From: Ginglymostoma cirratum
Lineage: Eukaryota
Direction: 5' to 3'
Assembly (NCBI GenBank): GCA_024137785.1
Contig: JAHRHZ010000049.1
Location: 17,913,667-17,976,162 of the forward strand
DNA: 62,496 nucleotides
A program made the translations under genes and the position numbers. The notes under the pieces are model-generated. The model was not told where the DNA came from. It made no database searches and worked only from the letters and a program-made list of their open reading frames with translations. Positions 37,827-51,040 of the stretch are shown here, piece by piece (position 1 is the stretch's first letter; each line of letters begins with the position of its first letter).

Positions 37827-39464
37827 GTGAATGAAAATAACCTATATTGCTATAGAGTCTGTTAGAAGCACATTAACCTCAGGACTGTCTCCTTCAAGCT
37901 TCTTATTTCCTCTGACCAAATCCCTCCCACATCTCACAGTGGGAAATGCTTACTGCATTCAATCAGGTATTAACCCTTTCAGGTTCCTCTGGATCCATAT
38001 ACAACAATCTTACTTTGGACAAATCTATGGGATCAGTTTTAAACACGGACAGATTTTTGTTAGACAGGGAAAGGAGCCAAAGTAAAATGTACTTTTTATT
38101 TCTTGGGCAGGCCTAAATAAGGATAATGGTTCATTCCCATTATTCTAATAAATGGGATCCACATCAGTGATACTGGCTAACATCCAGACACACTTGGAGC
38201 TAGAGCTTAGTTAGCATGATCCTGGGAGTGCTGTCTCCCACCTAGCTCTGTATATTATGGAAATAGTTCATAAAATGTTCCTGTTCACTGGTAGAATCTC
38301 ACATCATTATGTCTAAATGGATTAATTCACTGATCTCAACTGAATCCTGCTAGCAAGGAGCTTGAGCAAAATAAACAGAAAGCTGCAACGGGGATCAGAA
38401 TGCAGAAAAATGAAGAGGCTGTTAAACATTACCAAGGGGTGGCATGGCACTTTTCTGCTTACCTTGGAGAGCCCTTTGTCCTCCTGATAGCTTGCAACCT
38501 GCCTTCACCAGCTGCAGCAGCTTGTCACTCAGGCCTGTGCAGATTAAAATCAAATCCAATTGATAATAATGTGACCCTGCTTTGTATAAATCTATGAGGC
38601 ACCCTCTTATGTCTGACAGATTTCAGCCACGAAACTACTGTGAGAAGTTAAAATGGTCCCTGGAGGTAGGGTGGGTCAATAATGCATCTGCTGCCTATTT
38701 CAATTATGTCTGAATTTAATTTCCATTTAATTCAGTGTGAAGAAAAATCAGGAGGAATCTAAAATGATGACTCGATCTGTTTCTCTGATTCTTGCCCAGA
38801 GGCAACGGGGAATCGGTAAAAACAATTCAGTTACTAATTTAATTGATACCTCCCACACGCTACAAGACGACTGAAAGATTTTCCCCTTCAATACTTATCA
38901 TTTCTTCTTCAAAGCTACAACATTGGAAAACATCTCCACAGCAACCAGACATGTGACTAATTGCACGTACACTAGAAAACTCATCAGTAGAACAACAGAA
39001 ATGGAAAATCTTTGTGAGGAAATAAAGGACTAAAAGAAAATGTAATAAAATGTAATGCTGATATTTTTGCTCATTGAATCATTAGCTACGTAGAATTTAG
39101 CATTTATCACAATATGGCAAGAGAAACATAGGGCAGAAACTTAGCACTTATTTGGCTAAGTGGAATTTGAATCAAATTTGGTGGAGTGATTCTCACTGTG
39201 AATTCAAATGGGTTTTCTTGTCGTATCTTACTAAATTCACCCCTTTATCTGCCCTTTGAGCCCTCGTGCTGGGAATCATGCCTTATTTTCACTCCGTCTT
39301 ACCACTGATGGACCTGCTGCTCACTGGGGCTCCTCCATAAGACCAGCATTCCCTGCTGGTGTGCCAACTTTCAAAATCTACCGCATATTTTCAGCAGGGC
39401 TGCCATCTGCAAGCTATGCTGCTCTGCTGTCTTAGGCATTGGGGAGAGGGCAGAGCTCAGGACA

Positions 39465-39662
39465 CTGGCACCATGCTTCTCGAAGAGGGACTTGGAGATC
39501 CTTGGCGATGGGGTGGAGCCCTGGTCCTGCAGGACCAACAGTGAATAGTATGCAACCATAGCATGGCAGTGTGGCCAGAGATCTGCCAATCGATCAGTGC
39601 CATCTCCAGGGTGAAGAGGACTGCACATGGAGAAGGTGAATGACCTTCTCTGCTATACCAAG
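39465..39662 (+). pseudogene. Harbinger Myb/SANT-like ORF remnant
   Basis: LAPCFSKRDLEILGDGVE...VWPEICQSISAISRVKRTAH...KVNDLL followed by an AG|GTAAGT donor; parallels 25160-25376. Confidence 0.78.
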
Positions 39663-39766
39663 GTAAGTACAATACTCTGATGTCTGTTCTCTCACAGTTA
39701 TTTGTGCCACCCACTGATGCTCATGCTCTAACACTCCTTTGTAACATGAAACACCGTTGTTTTATG

Positions 39767-40103
39767 ATAGTGTGGAAACAAGCAATTTGGCCGATCGAGA
39801 CCACACTGATCCTCCAAAGATCATTTTGCCCAGGCCCACACCCCCACCCTATCCTGCATTTCCCATTGGCTAATCCACCCAGCCTGCACACCCCTGGACA
39901 CTATGGACAATTTATTATGGCCAATCCACCTAAACTGCAGATCTTGGGACTGTGGGATGGAACTGGTGGTGCATGGAGACAACCCTGCGGACATAGGGAG
40001 AATTTGCAAACTCCACACATTCGATCATCCGAGGGTGGAATCAAATCCAGGTCCCTGGCATTGTGTTGCAGCAGTACTAACCACTGAGCCACAGTGCCGC
40101 CCC
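39767..40103 (-). mobile_element. HE1-type V-SINE
   Basis: Reverse complement of the 17679 and 62007 SINEs (head ggggcggcactgtggctcagtggttagtactgctgc). Confidence 0.9.
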
Positions 40104-43100
40104 ACCGTGCCACTGTCTCTCACTTGCTGCCATTATTCCCACACCCCCATATTCCCACATTAAAAAACCATGCTGCCCTGCACTCCGTCTGAACACCTCA
40201 ACACCTCCTCCTCACATACATCAGTCCTAAACGCTGTGCCACCCTTCTCATTCGGCTTCTTGATTATGGGAGAGGACATCCCATAACTGAGCTGAAAAAC
40301 GCCACACAGGAAGGTGGGTGCCTAACATCCATGTTCCTGCACTCTCTGGTGAGTGAAGACGGGAACTGCTTCTGTGGGAATGCAAAAACAACCATGTCAC
40401 AACACTCTTGAGTGGGAGTCACTTGTCATCCCATTGCCGTTAAACACCACAAATAACCAGAGGCTGCAACACCTTCTGGCTCTCATGTCTTACAGATGGG
40501 ACCTACCCTCCCAAAGACCAGCCCATCCCCACAGAACAGAGTTCATTGATCTCCATGGATCATCATGAGGAAGCATTGGAGGGACCTGCATGGCCCACTA
40601 TCTGTTATCTGCCTTACCTTCGCCTCCTGAACTTGCACCAAATATCCCATCCCTGAGCCCTTTCCCTCCAAATTTCGGTGAACCAAGCTGGTAGGATGAC
40701 TGTGGCCCACCCCTCGAGTGACCTAACCAGCCAACACCAATCCTCACTTGGTCAGAACCCCAGCCATCACCCCTAACAGCCCTCCCTAGCGGAATGCCTC
40801 CATGGAGACCCTGATCTGCTCCCTGCAGCATGAAGTAACCGTGGCCCTGAACATCATCACCCCAAGCAGATGCCAGATCGCAGATAAAACCCAGGACTGC
40901 TGCGGCAAGTTGTCCTTGACTAATACATCCTTCAACTCCTGAGTGCCCCCATGGACTTTATTGTCAGCACCTCCTTTAAGACATTCAGACACATCCCACT
41001 GCTTTCTGCAGATGCTTTGTGTTTGGTGCAAATATTGAGGCCATGTGGTACAGGTTCCAGAGTGATGTAAGATGTACAACGCCCTTTACTTAGGGCTGCT
41101 GCACAACACACCACTCTCCGGGTTGGCTGTTCCAATTGTTAATGCAAGGCAAGGCATGGCAGGGAACAGCAAGGGGTGCTTGCTGTGGGCATTCTGGCAG
41201 GCACTGGATGAGTGCGCACTGAGAAAGCAAAGGAGAGCCTGATAAAAGCCATGTGATAGGCTGCTTTCTCTGTACGGTACCTGTACCCAGTGCAGCCATA
41301 TAGGGGTTGTTGAGGTTGGGTCATTAAGGATACTTAAGGCTGAGATAGTGCGAGATCATATTCAATGTTGACCGAGATCAGTGAGTGGTGAAAATAGACT
41401 CTTTATCGAGCATCTGCAGTAGCACACTTCAACGTGGCGGTGGAATCCAAAATATAGTTTTACAGTAGCCTCTTTTATACATAGCTTTTATATAAATTAA
41501 AATTTTAGCATCATGGTATCACATAGTTGTATCTAAGTTTGCGTGACATCTGTCCCGGGGAAGCAGGAGATAGTTTAAGCACTTGCTAAATGCTGGCTGT
41601 TACTCCTGACGGGATTAGATTGTCTGTCCGGTCTGAGCTTGCGTAATTAAGAGTTGTTAGTCCTTTTGTCTTTAAAGTTAGTAATGTTAGTAAAAATACT
41701 AGACCTATATGACCCAAATAAGTGAGAAATTATACATGTACTGAATAAAAGTATAGAGGATATTAAACTGATCTTACGTAACTGAATCGTGAGATTTCAT
41801 TTACTATTGCTGGTTTTGACAGTTCTTATACATTCATTCATGCAGTTTCACAGAAGCGCCGATTTGAAACCCCTTTTTTAAAGGGGTTGGCAGCCCTATT
41901 TAATGTGTATTTAAAAAATGTAAATCCATATGTTAGTACAAGATGGTAGTCCTAAATAAAAGTTAGAAGTAGGTAGTGCAGTGTTATAGAAATAGGGAGT
42001 GTATAAGGAAATTTCAAAGAGATAAAGAGCAGCAGACTGCAGGGACATGTTACTGGAGGAATCTGTTTGATGTCCTGCAGCCAATCAGGTCTCAAGAGAT
42101 GGTTACTAAGAGCTAATTAATATTATAATCTTTCCATTGTTTTGAGTGAGTTATGGAGACACAATGACATGAATGGCATTGTTCTGAGTAGGTTACAATA
42201 TTAACACTTATTCAGGGGTAGCCTTTGATACAGAAACAGGTCTAAACGGTGCTTGCTATATGGGGCCACTTAGAATTGGAAGGTATAAAGAAACAGTAAT
42301 GGGTTGGAAGGGATGTTGAATTTAGTTTATCTTGTAACAGTAAAATGTAATAAACATAGAGCACTTGTGACTGAGTTAGGAAAGAGCTATGAATGAAAGA
42401 ATGGAAAAACAGTACGGTAAACATTGAGCGCTTGAGACTGAGTTAGTAAACAGAATCATAATACAGTAAAACAGATCTTTAATCTGTAAGAGAATTAAGG
42501 ATTATGGAGAACAGGGAGGAAAGTGGTGTTGAGGATTCTTCAATCAACCACAGAGCAGACTTGATGGACTGAGCAGCCTACTCCTGCCCTCATGTCTTTA
42601 TACGTCTTATACATTGGTGGAATGCCCTTCTAGTCTCCTCAATCAATCTGTTCTTGCAGGGCACACAGCGAGTGCATTGAAGGGTGACAAGATGGCAGCA
42701 CTATCTTCCTGGAAGTGACATGCCAATGTCTGTGGTGGAAAGGCACATGCGGCTGGTGAAGGTGAATCCTGCCCTGCTCTTCAGTTTGTCTGTGGTTAAC
42801 ACTGAACCCGCCATGAACTTGCTCTGGTTTCCTTTTGAGTTTTCTCAATGGCTAGTTTATGTGGCAGGTTTGGTAAAATCGCAACTTGTGCTGGGTTGGG
42901 CTATCAACAAGGTGTTTAACAAGCAACAATGAACAGCAGTTGGGAACTTACTACCTTCTGAAAAGAATCTTGCCAGTGCTGCTTCATCAAAGGGGAAATC
43001 TCCGTGCAAGATGATCTTGACATTGAGGTGAATATCTTGTCCGATCCTATCACTCATCTGGCTGTAACTCAACGAGCCAAGTAAGATTCTGCCCACGGGC

Positions 43101-43334
43101 ACTGATAATATCTCCAGGGTATGTTTGAAACAGATTATTTTACTTGCAATCCCAGAGAAAAGTCTTTAAATACATTTAAATTAATCAGTTTATCTCCTTT
43201 TCATATTACTACAAAATTTGCACCTGATGGACAGAAGCCAGCTAATGCAAGACCTGTGAGACTCCAAAACATTCAATGGATCAATGCAAGGCTAGAAATT
43301 TGAGAAGTTACACAAAATAGGAAGAGAAATATTT

Positions 43335-43472
43335 TAAAAGCAAACTACTGTGGATGATGGAAATCTGAAACAGACACAAAAAATGCTGCAGAAAATTAGC
43401 AGGACTGTCAGTATCTGTGGAAAGAGAAACAGAGTTAATGTTTTGAGTCCAATGTGATTCTTCTTTTAGATC
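43335..43472 (-). mobile_element. Older short PLE-derived element, degenerate
   Basis: Matches the 37727-37826 family plus tail (actgtggatgatggaaatctgaaac); a related scrap lies at 49805-49895. Confidence 0.6.
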
Positions 43473-44049
43473 TGTTCAGATCAATAGAGAGTTATGATGG
43501 ATTCCAGACACACGGGGCTTTATCAAAGACTTAAATTTTTAAATGGGTCCGAATTACGATCAGAGAGGGGCTGGCATTCAATTTGGCACTATCTGTTTTT
43601 ATGCCAGTTGTAGAGCCATATGTGCCCTTTCGTTGATAAAGTAGCAAATAACAATGAAAGTCAATTAAATCGTTTCATGCAGTCATGAACTGCGTTCATG
43701 CAGATTCTAAATGACAATGTATCTGACATGTCTTCATGCCACTGATCTCAACCAATCTGTACGCCAACTGAGTGGAAGGAGTGAAATATAATTGGTCCAG
43801 GAAAGGTCTCATAGGAAAAGATGATGTGGAAGTCGGAAGTCTAAATCCCTCATTATTTGAATGACTCAATTAACCATTACCATTTCCTCTGTTTGAACGA
43901 AAAAAACACCAACCTATCTGAAATCTCCTTATGTTGGCAATTTTCAAATGCTGGTAACATTCTAATAAATCTTCACTGCACATTCTCTCGCTAATTGTCT
44001 TGAACACGGGTCAGAACCCAAAAGTATTACAAACAGGTTTAACCTGTAA

Positions 44050-44407
44050 TTTTTTTTTTCTTTATTCATTCATGGGATGAGGGTGTCACTGACCAGGCAG
44101 CCCATCCTAATTGCCCAGAGGGCAGTTTAGAGTCAGCCACATTGCTATGGGTCTGGAGTCACATGTAGGCCAGACCAGGTAAGGATGGCAGTTTCCTTCC
44201 CTAAAGGATGTTAGTGAACTAGATGGGTTTTTCCAACAATTGACAATGAATTCACAGTCATCATTAGATTCTTAATTCTAGATATTGTTATTGAATTCAA
44301 ATTCCACCATCTGCCTTGGCAGGATTCAAACCCGGGTCCCCAGAATGTTATCTGGCTCTCTGGGTTAATAGTCCAGCGATAAATACCATTAGGCCATTGC
44401 CTCCCCA
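44050..44407 (-). mobile_element. tRNA-derived SINE with LINE-derived tail
   Basis: Minus head ggggaggcaatggcctaatggta (A box) ... ggtttgaatcc (B box); 3' end resembles the LINE tail at 6290-6373; older copy at 54285-54540. Confidence 0.85.
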
Positions 44408-44589
44408 TCATGCATTTTTAAAAAAATGGTTGATACAGTCTCAAATGGCTGCAGATGTCAATTAAGTTGCTCTCTGGAGAGAGAAAGACTCATGGAATAT
44501 CACACATAAAAATAAGTAAAAAGCTTCAAACAACAACCATTCAAAGGGAAAAAGGCAAGTCAGACTGGCATAAGATCTCTGGTAATTGC

Positions 44590-45425
44590 ACAGTTAAGGA
44601 GGGCTGACAGTCCCACCCTCAACAGCAAATCACCCTCTGTGGGTTATACAGACACATTTTGTATTGTTTCATTTGCAGAGTATGCAAAGAAAGGCATTAA
44701 AAAGCCTGTTTCAAACTACGGAGTGTGTTAGTGGGATTGACAGTCTCATATCTATGCTTTAGTGGGACTGAGATTCACGTGTCTGTCAGCGGACCAAGGT
44801 ACCTGTGTGCCCTGGCCTGGGTTTAATCATTAGCATCCCATTACGGTCACAGCTGAAGAACTATTTCCCTGTATCGCAGATAAAGGGACTATCACACTCT
44901 GAGTGCTTGAAACCAGATAACTAGCAAGCAGACAAAACAAAGTAGGGCAACAAAAGGACTCTCTTTCTCATTCTGAATACTGAAATTCAGTCATGGTCCA
45001 ACAGAATCAGAACAAGAGAATCTCAACCAAACTTTTCAACTAAGAATCTTGAAAGTGACTGTTCAACTACTATTACTGATAACTTCCAATGTGATGATCA
45101 CAACATTCAACTATCCACCCTCTGTGAAGAATTCAGTGACTGTCTGATCTGATTACATATCATTGGTTTTTAACTCAATGCTCATTTCTAACCTGAGTGT
45201 ATATGCGCTGCATAATGAATTATTTTTATGCTTAGTAATGAATAAACTCTCACTTTCTTAACTCAAGAAAAACTTGTTAAATTGACTCCTTTTAAAACAT
45301 CAGTTCATTTGGCTCTGAGAGAAGGGGATCAATTTTTAAAATAACCTTGTTATGTCCCCAACTGAGGAAATGGGTGAATGAAGAAGGGAACCCAGTTCAT
45401 ACTTGCTTACCTGGGAGCTTAATGT
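44590..45425 (+). mobile_element. Possible degenerate solo LTR
   Basis: Non-coding block with AATAAA (about 45241) and an end (gggaacccagttcatacttgcttacctggg) reminiscent of elasmobranch LTR 3' ends; TG..CA termini and TSD not confirmed. Confidence 0.3.
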
Positions 45426-45764
45426 TTTGACCTTCACCATCTGGAACCTGAAGATGTCTGTTCAGTTTCCTGTTTTGTGTTGAGTTAGCTAAGCCAGTTG
45501 TACCTGTTGTAAAGTGCGCTTGTGGGCGTGTCTGATCAGAAGTTTGTAATGGCCAGTTTGCCTCATGTTGCTGTTTTCCATTCAATCTCCTGTCAATCAT
45601 TGCAGCCATTTTGATTGCTTCATTATTGCTAACTAGTCTCCCTGTCCCAAACAGCTCCCTCTTCCCAATTATCTCTGCCATCCCTGCAGGAGCTACTTGA
45701 GGGCAATCACACTGTTTGAGCTCCGTCCATCTGTAAGCCTGGAAAATGTTGTGGTTGTGGCTTA

Positions 45765-46260
45765 AGTGAATGAATGAATGAATGACTCATTGTCACATAC
45801 ATCTAGGGAGGTACAGTGAAAAGTGTCAGTTGCCACGATCCGGCACCATTTTGAGGTACAAAAGGATGAAATGAAAGCACTCAAATCGAGGTCATCTTCA
45901 TCAGCTGGGGCCCCAAACATGGCTCCAGAACTTCTGCAAGGTCCCCACTCCAGGTTTCCTGCAGCCAGGAGCCCCCCATGCTGGGCACCGACATCACCAT
46001 AGTCAATGACCTGCCACCGCCGAAAGAGTCCACTCTCTAGGCCTACCATAGAAAAGAGTCCCCACTCCACCATTGCTGCAGTCAATACCCTGCCACCATT
46101 ACAGGATTCCATACATCGGTCCCACTAACCAGGAGTCACAGCTGATACAGCTCCGGCCTCCCCGCAACATCAGGAAGATGAAGAAAAGAGAAAGAAGAAG
46201 AAATAAGATGAAAAAGAGAGACAGGAAAAGAATGTGGCTGGTCTGGAGCTCACTAGTTCA
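45765..46260 (-). mobile_element. Retroposon with (ATTC)n-type 3' tail, family unassigned
   Basis: (gaat)n run at 45768-45785 followed by a GC-richer body and a purine-rich far end. Confidence 0.4.
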
Positions 46261-47349
46261 GCCTGAACACAAACTACTGTGTCAGTGCCTCTATCCTGTA
46301 TCTAGAAGTGTTCTTAGATATAGTTCCTATGTCAACTCAACTGTAGTGAAACATCCACGAAGAAAAATGGTGGGAATAGGGGATGTAGAATCAAAGTAGG
46401 GTGAGATTAGATTGTAATGTTGAGGCATAAAAGCAACAGAATTGTGCTTTGCTGAGCATGGAAGGAATATTCATGTCCCTCTCCATCTTTCACAAATACA
46501 TTGAATCTTAGCTTTGGTAATCCCCTTCATCTGGGCATTTGGTAAGAAGCTCTGATTTGACTCAGGTGGGTGATTAAGCTGGTTAGTGCTTTAGCTGTGG
46601 AAATATAGTAGCAGCCACATTTTCAAGGAGAACAGAATGGCAAGTTCTGTCAGATAGGAATGCACCAAAATGATTGACTTCCATCAGAAATAGCATTGAG
46701 AAAGTGCCAAATAGTGTTTCCTGCACTTTACACTATTCAGATAGCTACTAAATATCAGCAAGGGAAGATAATACCTTCACTCATATGAATAGCAGTGCAT
46801 AATTCATTGGAATACATCATTGAAAATTCTCTTTCATCCCCTCACACAGGTCATAAAGTATTTGCTTATTAAAATACAAATTTCCTCAAACCACAACATT
46901 AAAATATTCTGCAAAATTGATGTGACATCTGGTAAGTCCTGAGGGATACAATTCTTCCCACAGCACTAGAATGGTTATACGATCAGTACCCATCTGTCAG
47001 TACAAAGCAACTGAAATCCTTAAAATGGCAGCCATGTCTATGGAGGACGTTTTTTTATATACCACACAAGAACAACATAAACAAAGTTATTGAAATCTGA
47101 CACATTGTATTTCTCATGTTATTGACAAAATTATGACAAATTCTATTGGAGTGCCTTGTTTACATTGATATAGAATGCAACAGAACACGAATGCATTCAG
47201 ACATGAGCATGCATTAATGCATCAAGAATAGTGTTGATGTTTAAGGACATAGATTTCAGTATTAAAGTAGAATCTTACTGTAAAATGCAAAGCACAAAAT
47301 TTTACATTCACGTGCTTGGGGCTCTCAACTGTGTTGATACACTTCTACA

Positions 47350-48235
47350 CAAATTACTAACAATGTCTTCTATATTCTCATCTAAAACATTTGTATAAAT
47401 GACAAATGAAAAGGACCCAGCACTGATCTCTGTGGAACACTGTTGTTAGCAGACATCCAGCCCAAAACACAACCCTCCACCATCAGTCTCTGTCTCCTGC
47501 CATTAAGCCAATGTTGTATCCAGCTTTCAAGTTCACCCTGAGTCCATGTGATCTAACTTTACTGATTAGTCTACCACACAAAACTTTGTCAAAGGCTTTA
47601 CTGACATTCAAGTTAACAACATATAATGTTCTGCCCTCATCAATCTTCTTGGTTGCTTCCTCAAAAAACTCAGTCAAGTTTGTGAGACACGAATTCACTC
47701 GCACAAAACTATGCTGACTATCCCGAATCATTCCTTGCCTCTCCGAATGCATATAAAACCTATCTTTCAGACTCACCTCCAACAGTTCCAAACCACCACC
47801 GAAGTCAGACTTACAGGTGGAAAGTTCCCAGGCTTCTCTTTACATCCCTCCTTAAACAAACACACAACATTAACCACTCTCCAGTCATCTGGCACCTCAC
47901 CCATTGTTATAGATGATACAAATATTTCTGCAAAGGCCCCTCAATTTCCTCCATAACTTCCCACAACATCCCAGGATACATTAGATCAGGCCCCAGAGAC
48001 TTATCCACCCTTATAGTTTCTAAGACCTCCAGCAGTTCCTCTTCTGTAATGTGAACTGCTTTCAAAACATCAATATTTATTTCGCTGTGTTCTCAAGCTT
48101 CCATTTATTTCTCCAGAGTAAAAACTGATGCAAAATATTCATTTATATCTCCCCCATCTCTTGAGGTTCAACAAAGACAACCTCTTTGTTCTGTAAGGGC
48201 CCCTCCTCTCTCTCTAGTCGCTTTCTTACTCTTAA
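47350..48235 (-). mobile_element. CR1 ORF2 segment (RT N-terminal half), inverted
   Basis: ORF 47483-47791 DSQHSFVRVNSCLTNLTEFFEE...NVSKAFDKV. Confidence 0.9.
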
Positions 48236-48248
48236 TGTACTTTATATA

Positions 48249-48982
48249 AATACAAATTATTTAGATGAGAACATAGAAGTCATGGTTAGTAAGTTTGCAG
48301 ACAACACCAAAATTGATGGTACAGTGGATAGTGAAGAATATTATTTAAGATTACAAAGAGACCTTGATCAATTGGGTCAATGGGCTAAGGAATGGCAGAT
48401 GGAGTTTAATTTGGATAAATGTAAGGTATTGCTTTTTGGTAAAACAAACAAGGGCATGACTTATATATTTAAAAGAAGGGCATTGGATAGTGTTGTAGAA
48501 AAAAAGAGACCCAGGGGTTCACATACATCATTGTTTGAAGTTTGCATCACAGGTAGACAGAATGGTTGCTGGGAACAGAGCATTTAAATTATAAGGGAAG
48601 GCTTTTCTTTCATTAGAGCAGAGGAGGTGACCATATAGAGATTTATAAAATCATTAGGGGTAATAGAAAAGGTGAATGGCAAGTGTCTTTTCCCTAGGGT
48701 TGAGCATTTTTTAAGGTGCAAGAAGAAAGATTTATAAAGGGCATGGGGACAACTTTTTTACAGAGAGTTGTTGACATGTGGAATGAAACTCCATCACAAG
48801 TGGTGGGTGCGGGTACAGTTACAACACTTAAATGACAATTAAATAACTACATTAATAAGAAATGTCTGGAGGGACATGGGCCAAGTACAGGCGGGTGGGA
48901 TTAGTTTAGTTTGGGATTATGGTTGGCATGGACTGGTTGGACCGAATGGCCTGTTTCTGTGCTGCATGACTCAATGACTCTG
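48249..48982 (+). mobile_element. CR1 3' segment (RT C-terminal half to tail)
   Basis: SKFADNTKI...LQRDLDQLGQWAKEWQMEFNLDKCKV; tail ggaccgaatggcctgtttctgtgctgcatgactcaatgactc. Confidence 0.9.
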
Positions 48983-50910
48983 AACTGGTGTAATGAATAC
49001 AAGAGAAGGAGGATTATACTCCCAATGACATCTCACAATGACTAGATAACTATCACGCCTTTCCCTGCTAATAACATTGTCTTCCAGTCTTCCAAATATA
49101 TTATAATTCTCATCCTTGTGTTTGAATCTCTTCATGATCTTACTCTTCCTCTTTAAGGTCCACCAGTCATTAGTACAGCTAAGAAGCTAGACCAAGCAAA
49201 CATGACCATATTGTCTCTCTATATCCACACCTCACTCACAGTAAAGTGGAAACCTCCACACATTCTTTTCTAACTCCAGAATCATTTTTTTCCAAAATCC
49301 TTCTCAATTTCCACACAAGGTCCACACTCCATAAATTCCATTTCATTCAGAATAGTGAGTGATTTCATGAAAACAGAGAGATCAGAAGAATGGGCAGGCA
49401 GATACTAGATATAAATTAATGTGGATATGTTTGAGGTAGTAACATGCTGGGAGGAAAAGTACTGGTGAAAATTTTTAATGATTCTTCTACAGCCTTCTGC
49501 AGGGTTGTTCTCTTTATTCATGGCACTGGGAGGCAACACAATCTTCAGAATTCCCAGCCGGAGCTGCAGAGAACAGTGGCACAGATTTTCCGATGGCCAG
49601 ATAGTTGTTTCTGCCACGTAGATGGGAGTTGCGCAACAGGAGCTCCTGGGGTCCCTAATGTAAATTCTGAGGGAATTAGTCAGGAAATTGAAGGTTCCGA
49701 TGGGCAACTCCACCTGAACCCTTCTGGAAGTGACCATTTAAATCAGAGAATCTTTAAGGTTCAGCTGCTGATAATAGACATCCAAGTAAAGTTATTAAAT
49801 GTGTAAAACAAAATAAGAAAGTGCTAGAGAAATCCAACAGACCTGGCACAATCTGTAGAGAGAGCTTTAAAACATCTGCAGTATCTTGCCTTTATTTTGT
49901 TGAAAACCTAGTTTAACCCATGAATAACTAATGAACTGAAACTCAACATAAAACTCATTACACATCCCTGATCATGAGCCGACAGCTTCTTTCTCTCCAG
50001 GACCAGACCATCTTCCCCCTTCCGCCCAGGACCCAATAACCTGCAGCCACCAGATCTGATGCTGCTCTGCTCCCCTAGAGGTCCAACACACCCTGTCCCT
50101 TTGCTGCCAGATCCCACACACCTCCTCTCCTCTCAGTTCCAGGCACACCTCTCTTCCCGAACAATAGCAAGTAGAGCTAAGATTAGCACATAGTCTGTCA
50201 CTTGATGACTGGGCTACATTAGGCCAGAGAAGGATGATGTGTGTGCCAGTCCACTTTAGTGTGAGGTCACAGGAAAGTTCTGCAAAAGGGAACACAGAAG
50301 AAGACTTTAGTGGGACAGCATACTGGAGAATACTGTCGAGGATGCATGCTGAGATTTTAATGCATTAGCTGGCCCCGAACCAGAATCGCCTCACTGTCAA
50401 AGAGCACGAATGAGTCCAGCTCCAACTTGGCAGAGTGCATCTCTCAGAGACTAATATATTTATAGTCACTGTTCCATTTCCCCAACATTTTGGAGATTCT
50501 TAAGCATTGCCACTGCTGCTGTGATATCTATTATATATGTGTTACATTTGTGTGAAAAAATAGGCAAAATTTGATAAACCGATGCCCAATCATTCATTTG
50601 ACACTTAGTGACACCAGTTGAGATATGCAAACACAGAATCTCCTGTCACACAGGCCGCACTAGAACTGAATGAACAATTTTGATTCACAACTCAGAGGGC
50701 CATCAGCTTCTTTACTGGTGACTGGCAACTCCACAGAGCATGTCTTTTTTTAGTTCACTTATGAGACATAGGCATCATTGCCGAACCATTATATATTGTC
50801 TGTCCCAAAGAGCCTGAAAAGTGACATAGACAGGTTAGACTTGTGGGCAAGCAGGAAGTATACAACAGTACAAGAATTAGGAACAAGTGCAGGCAATTTG
50901 GTCTCTTAAG

Positions 50911-51040
50911 ATTTCTGATGAAGGGTCTAGGCCCGAAACGTCAAGCTTTCCTGCTCCTATGATGCTGCTTGGCCTGCTGTGTTCATCCAGCTCCACACCT
51001 TGTTATCTCGGATTCTCCAGCATCTGCAGTTCCTACTATC
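50911..51040 (+). mobile_element. Complete 130-bp PLE-derived element with intact hammerhead-like core and 14-bp TSD
   Basis: TSD tttggtctcttaag (50897-50910) / tttgatctcttaag (51041-51054); inserted in a CR1 3' end. Confidence 0.92.
50912..50945 (+). ncRNA. Putative minimal type I hammerhead ribozyme
   Basis: CTGATGA (50915-21), extra A, stem II GGGT-CTAG-GCCC (50923-34), GAAAC-GTC (50935-42, predicted cut after C50942); only a 3-bp stem I (TTT/AAG); activity untested. Confidence 0.7.

Larger units (their letters stand above)
39131..43094. mobile_element. Second Harbinger-derived composite bounded by TIR-like ends
   Basis: GGGCAGAAACTTA (39131-39143) versus revcomp GGGCAGAATCTTA (43082-43094), 12/13 match; contains a Myb remnant and a possible transposase scrap (METLICSLQHEVTVALNII, about 40800-40860). 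Confidence 0.5.

Noticed and set aside
42351-42453. CRISPR-like repeat-spacer geometry (36-bp repeat, about 31-bp spacer)
   Set aside because: Only two diverged copies, no cas genes, vertebrate context.
49405-49806. Overlapping 110 and 120 aa ORFs on both strands
   Set aside because: No recognisable domain or splice context; likely old repeat sequence.
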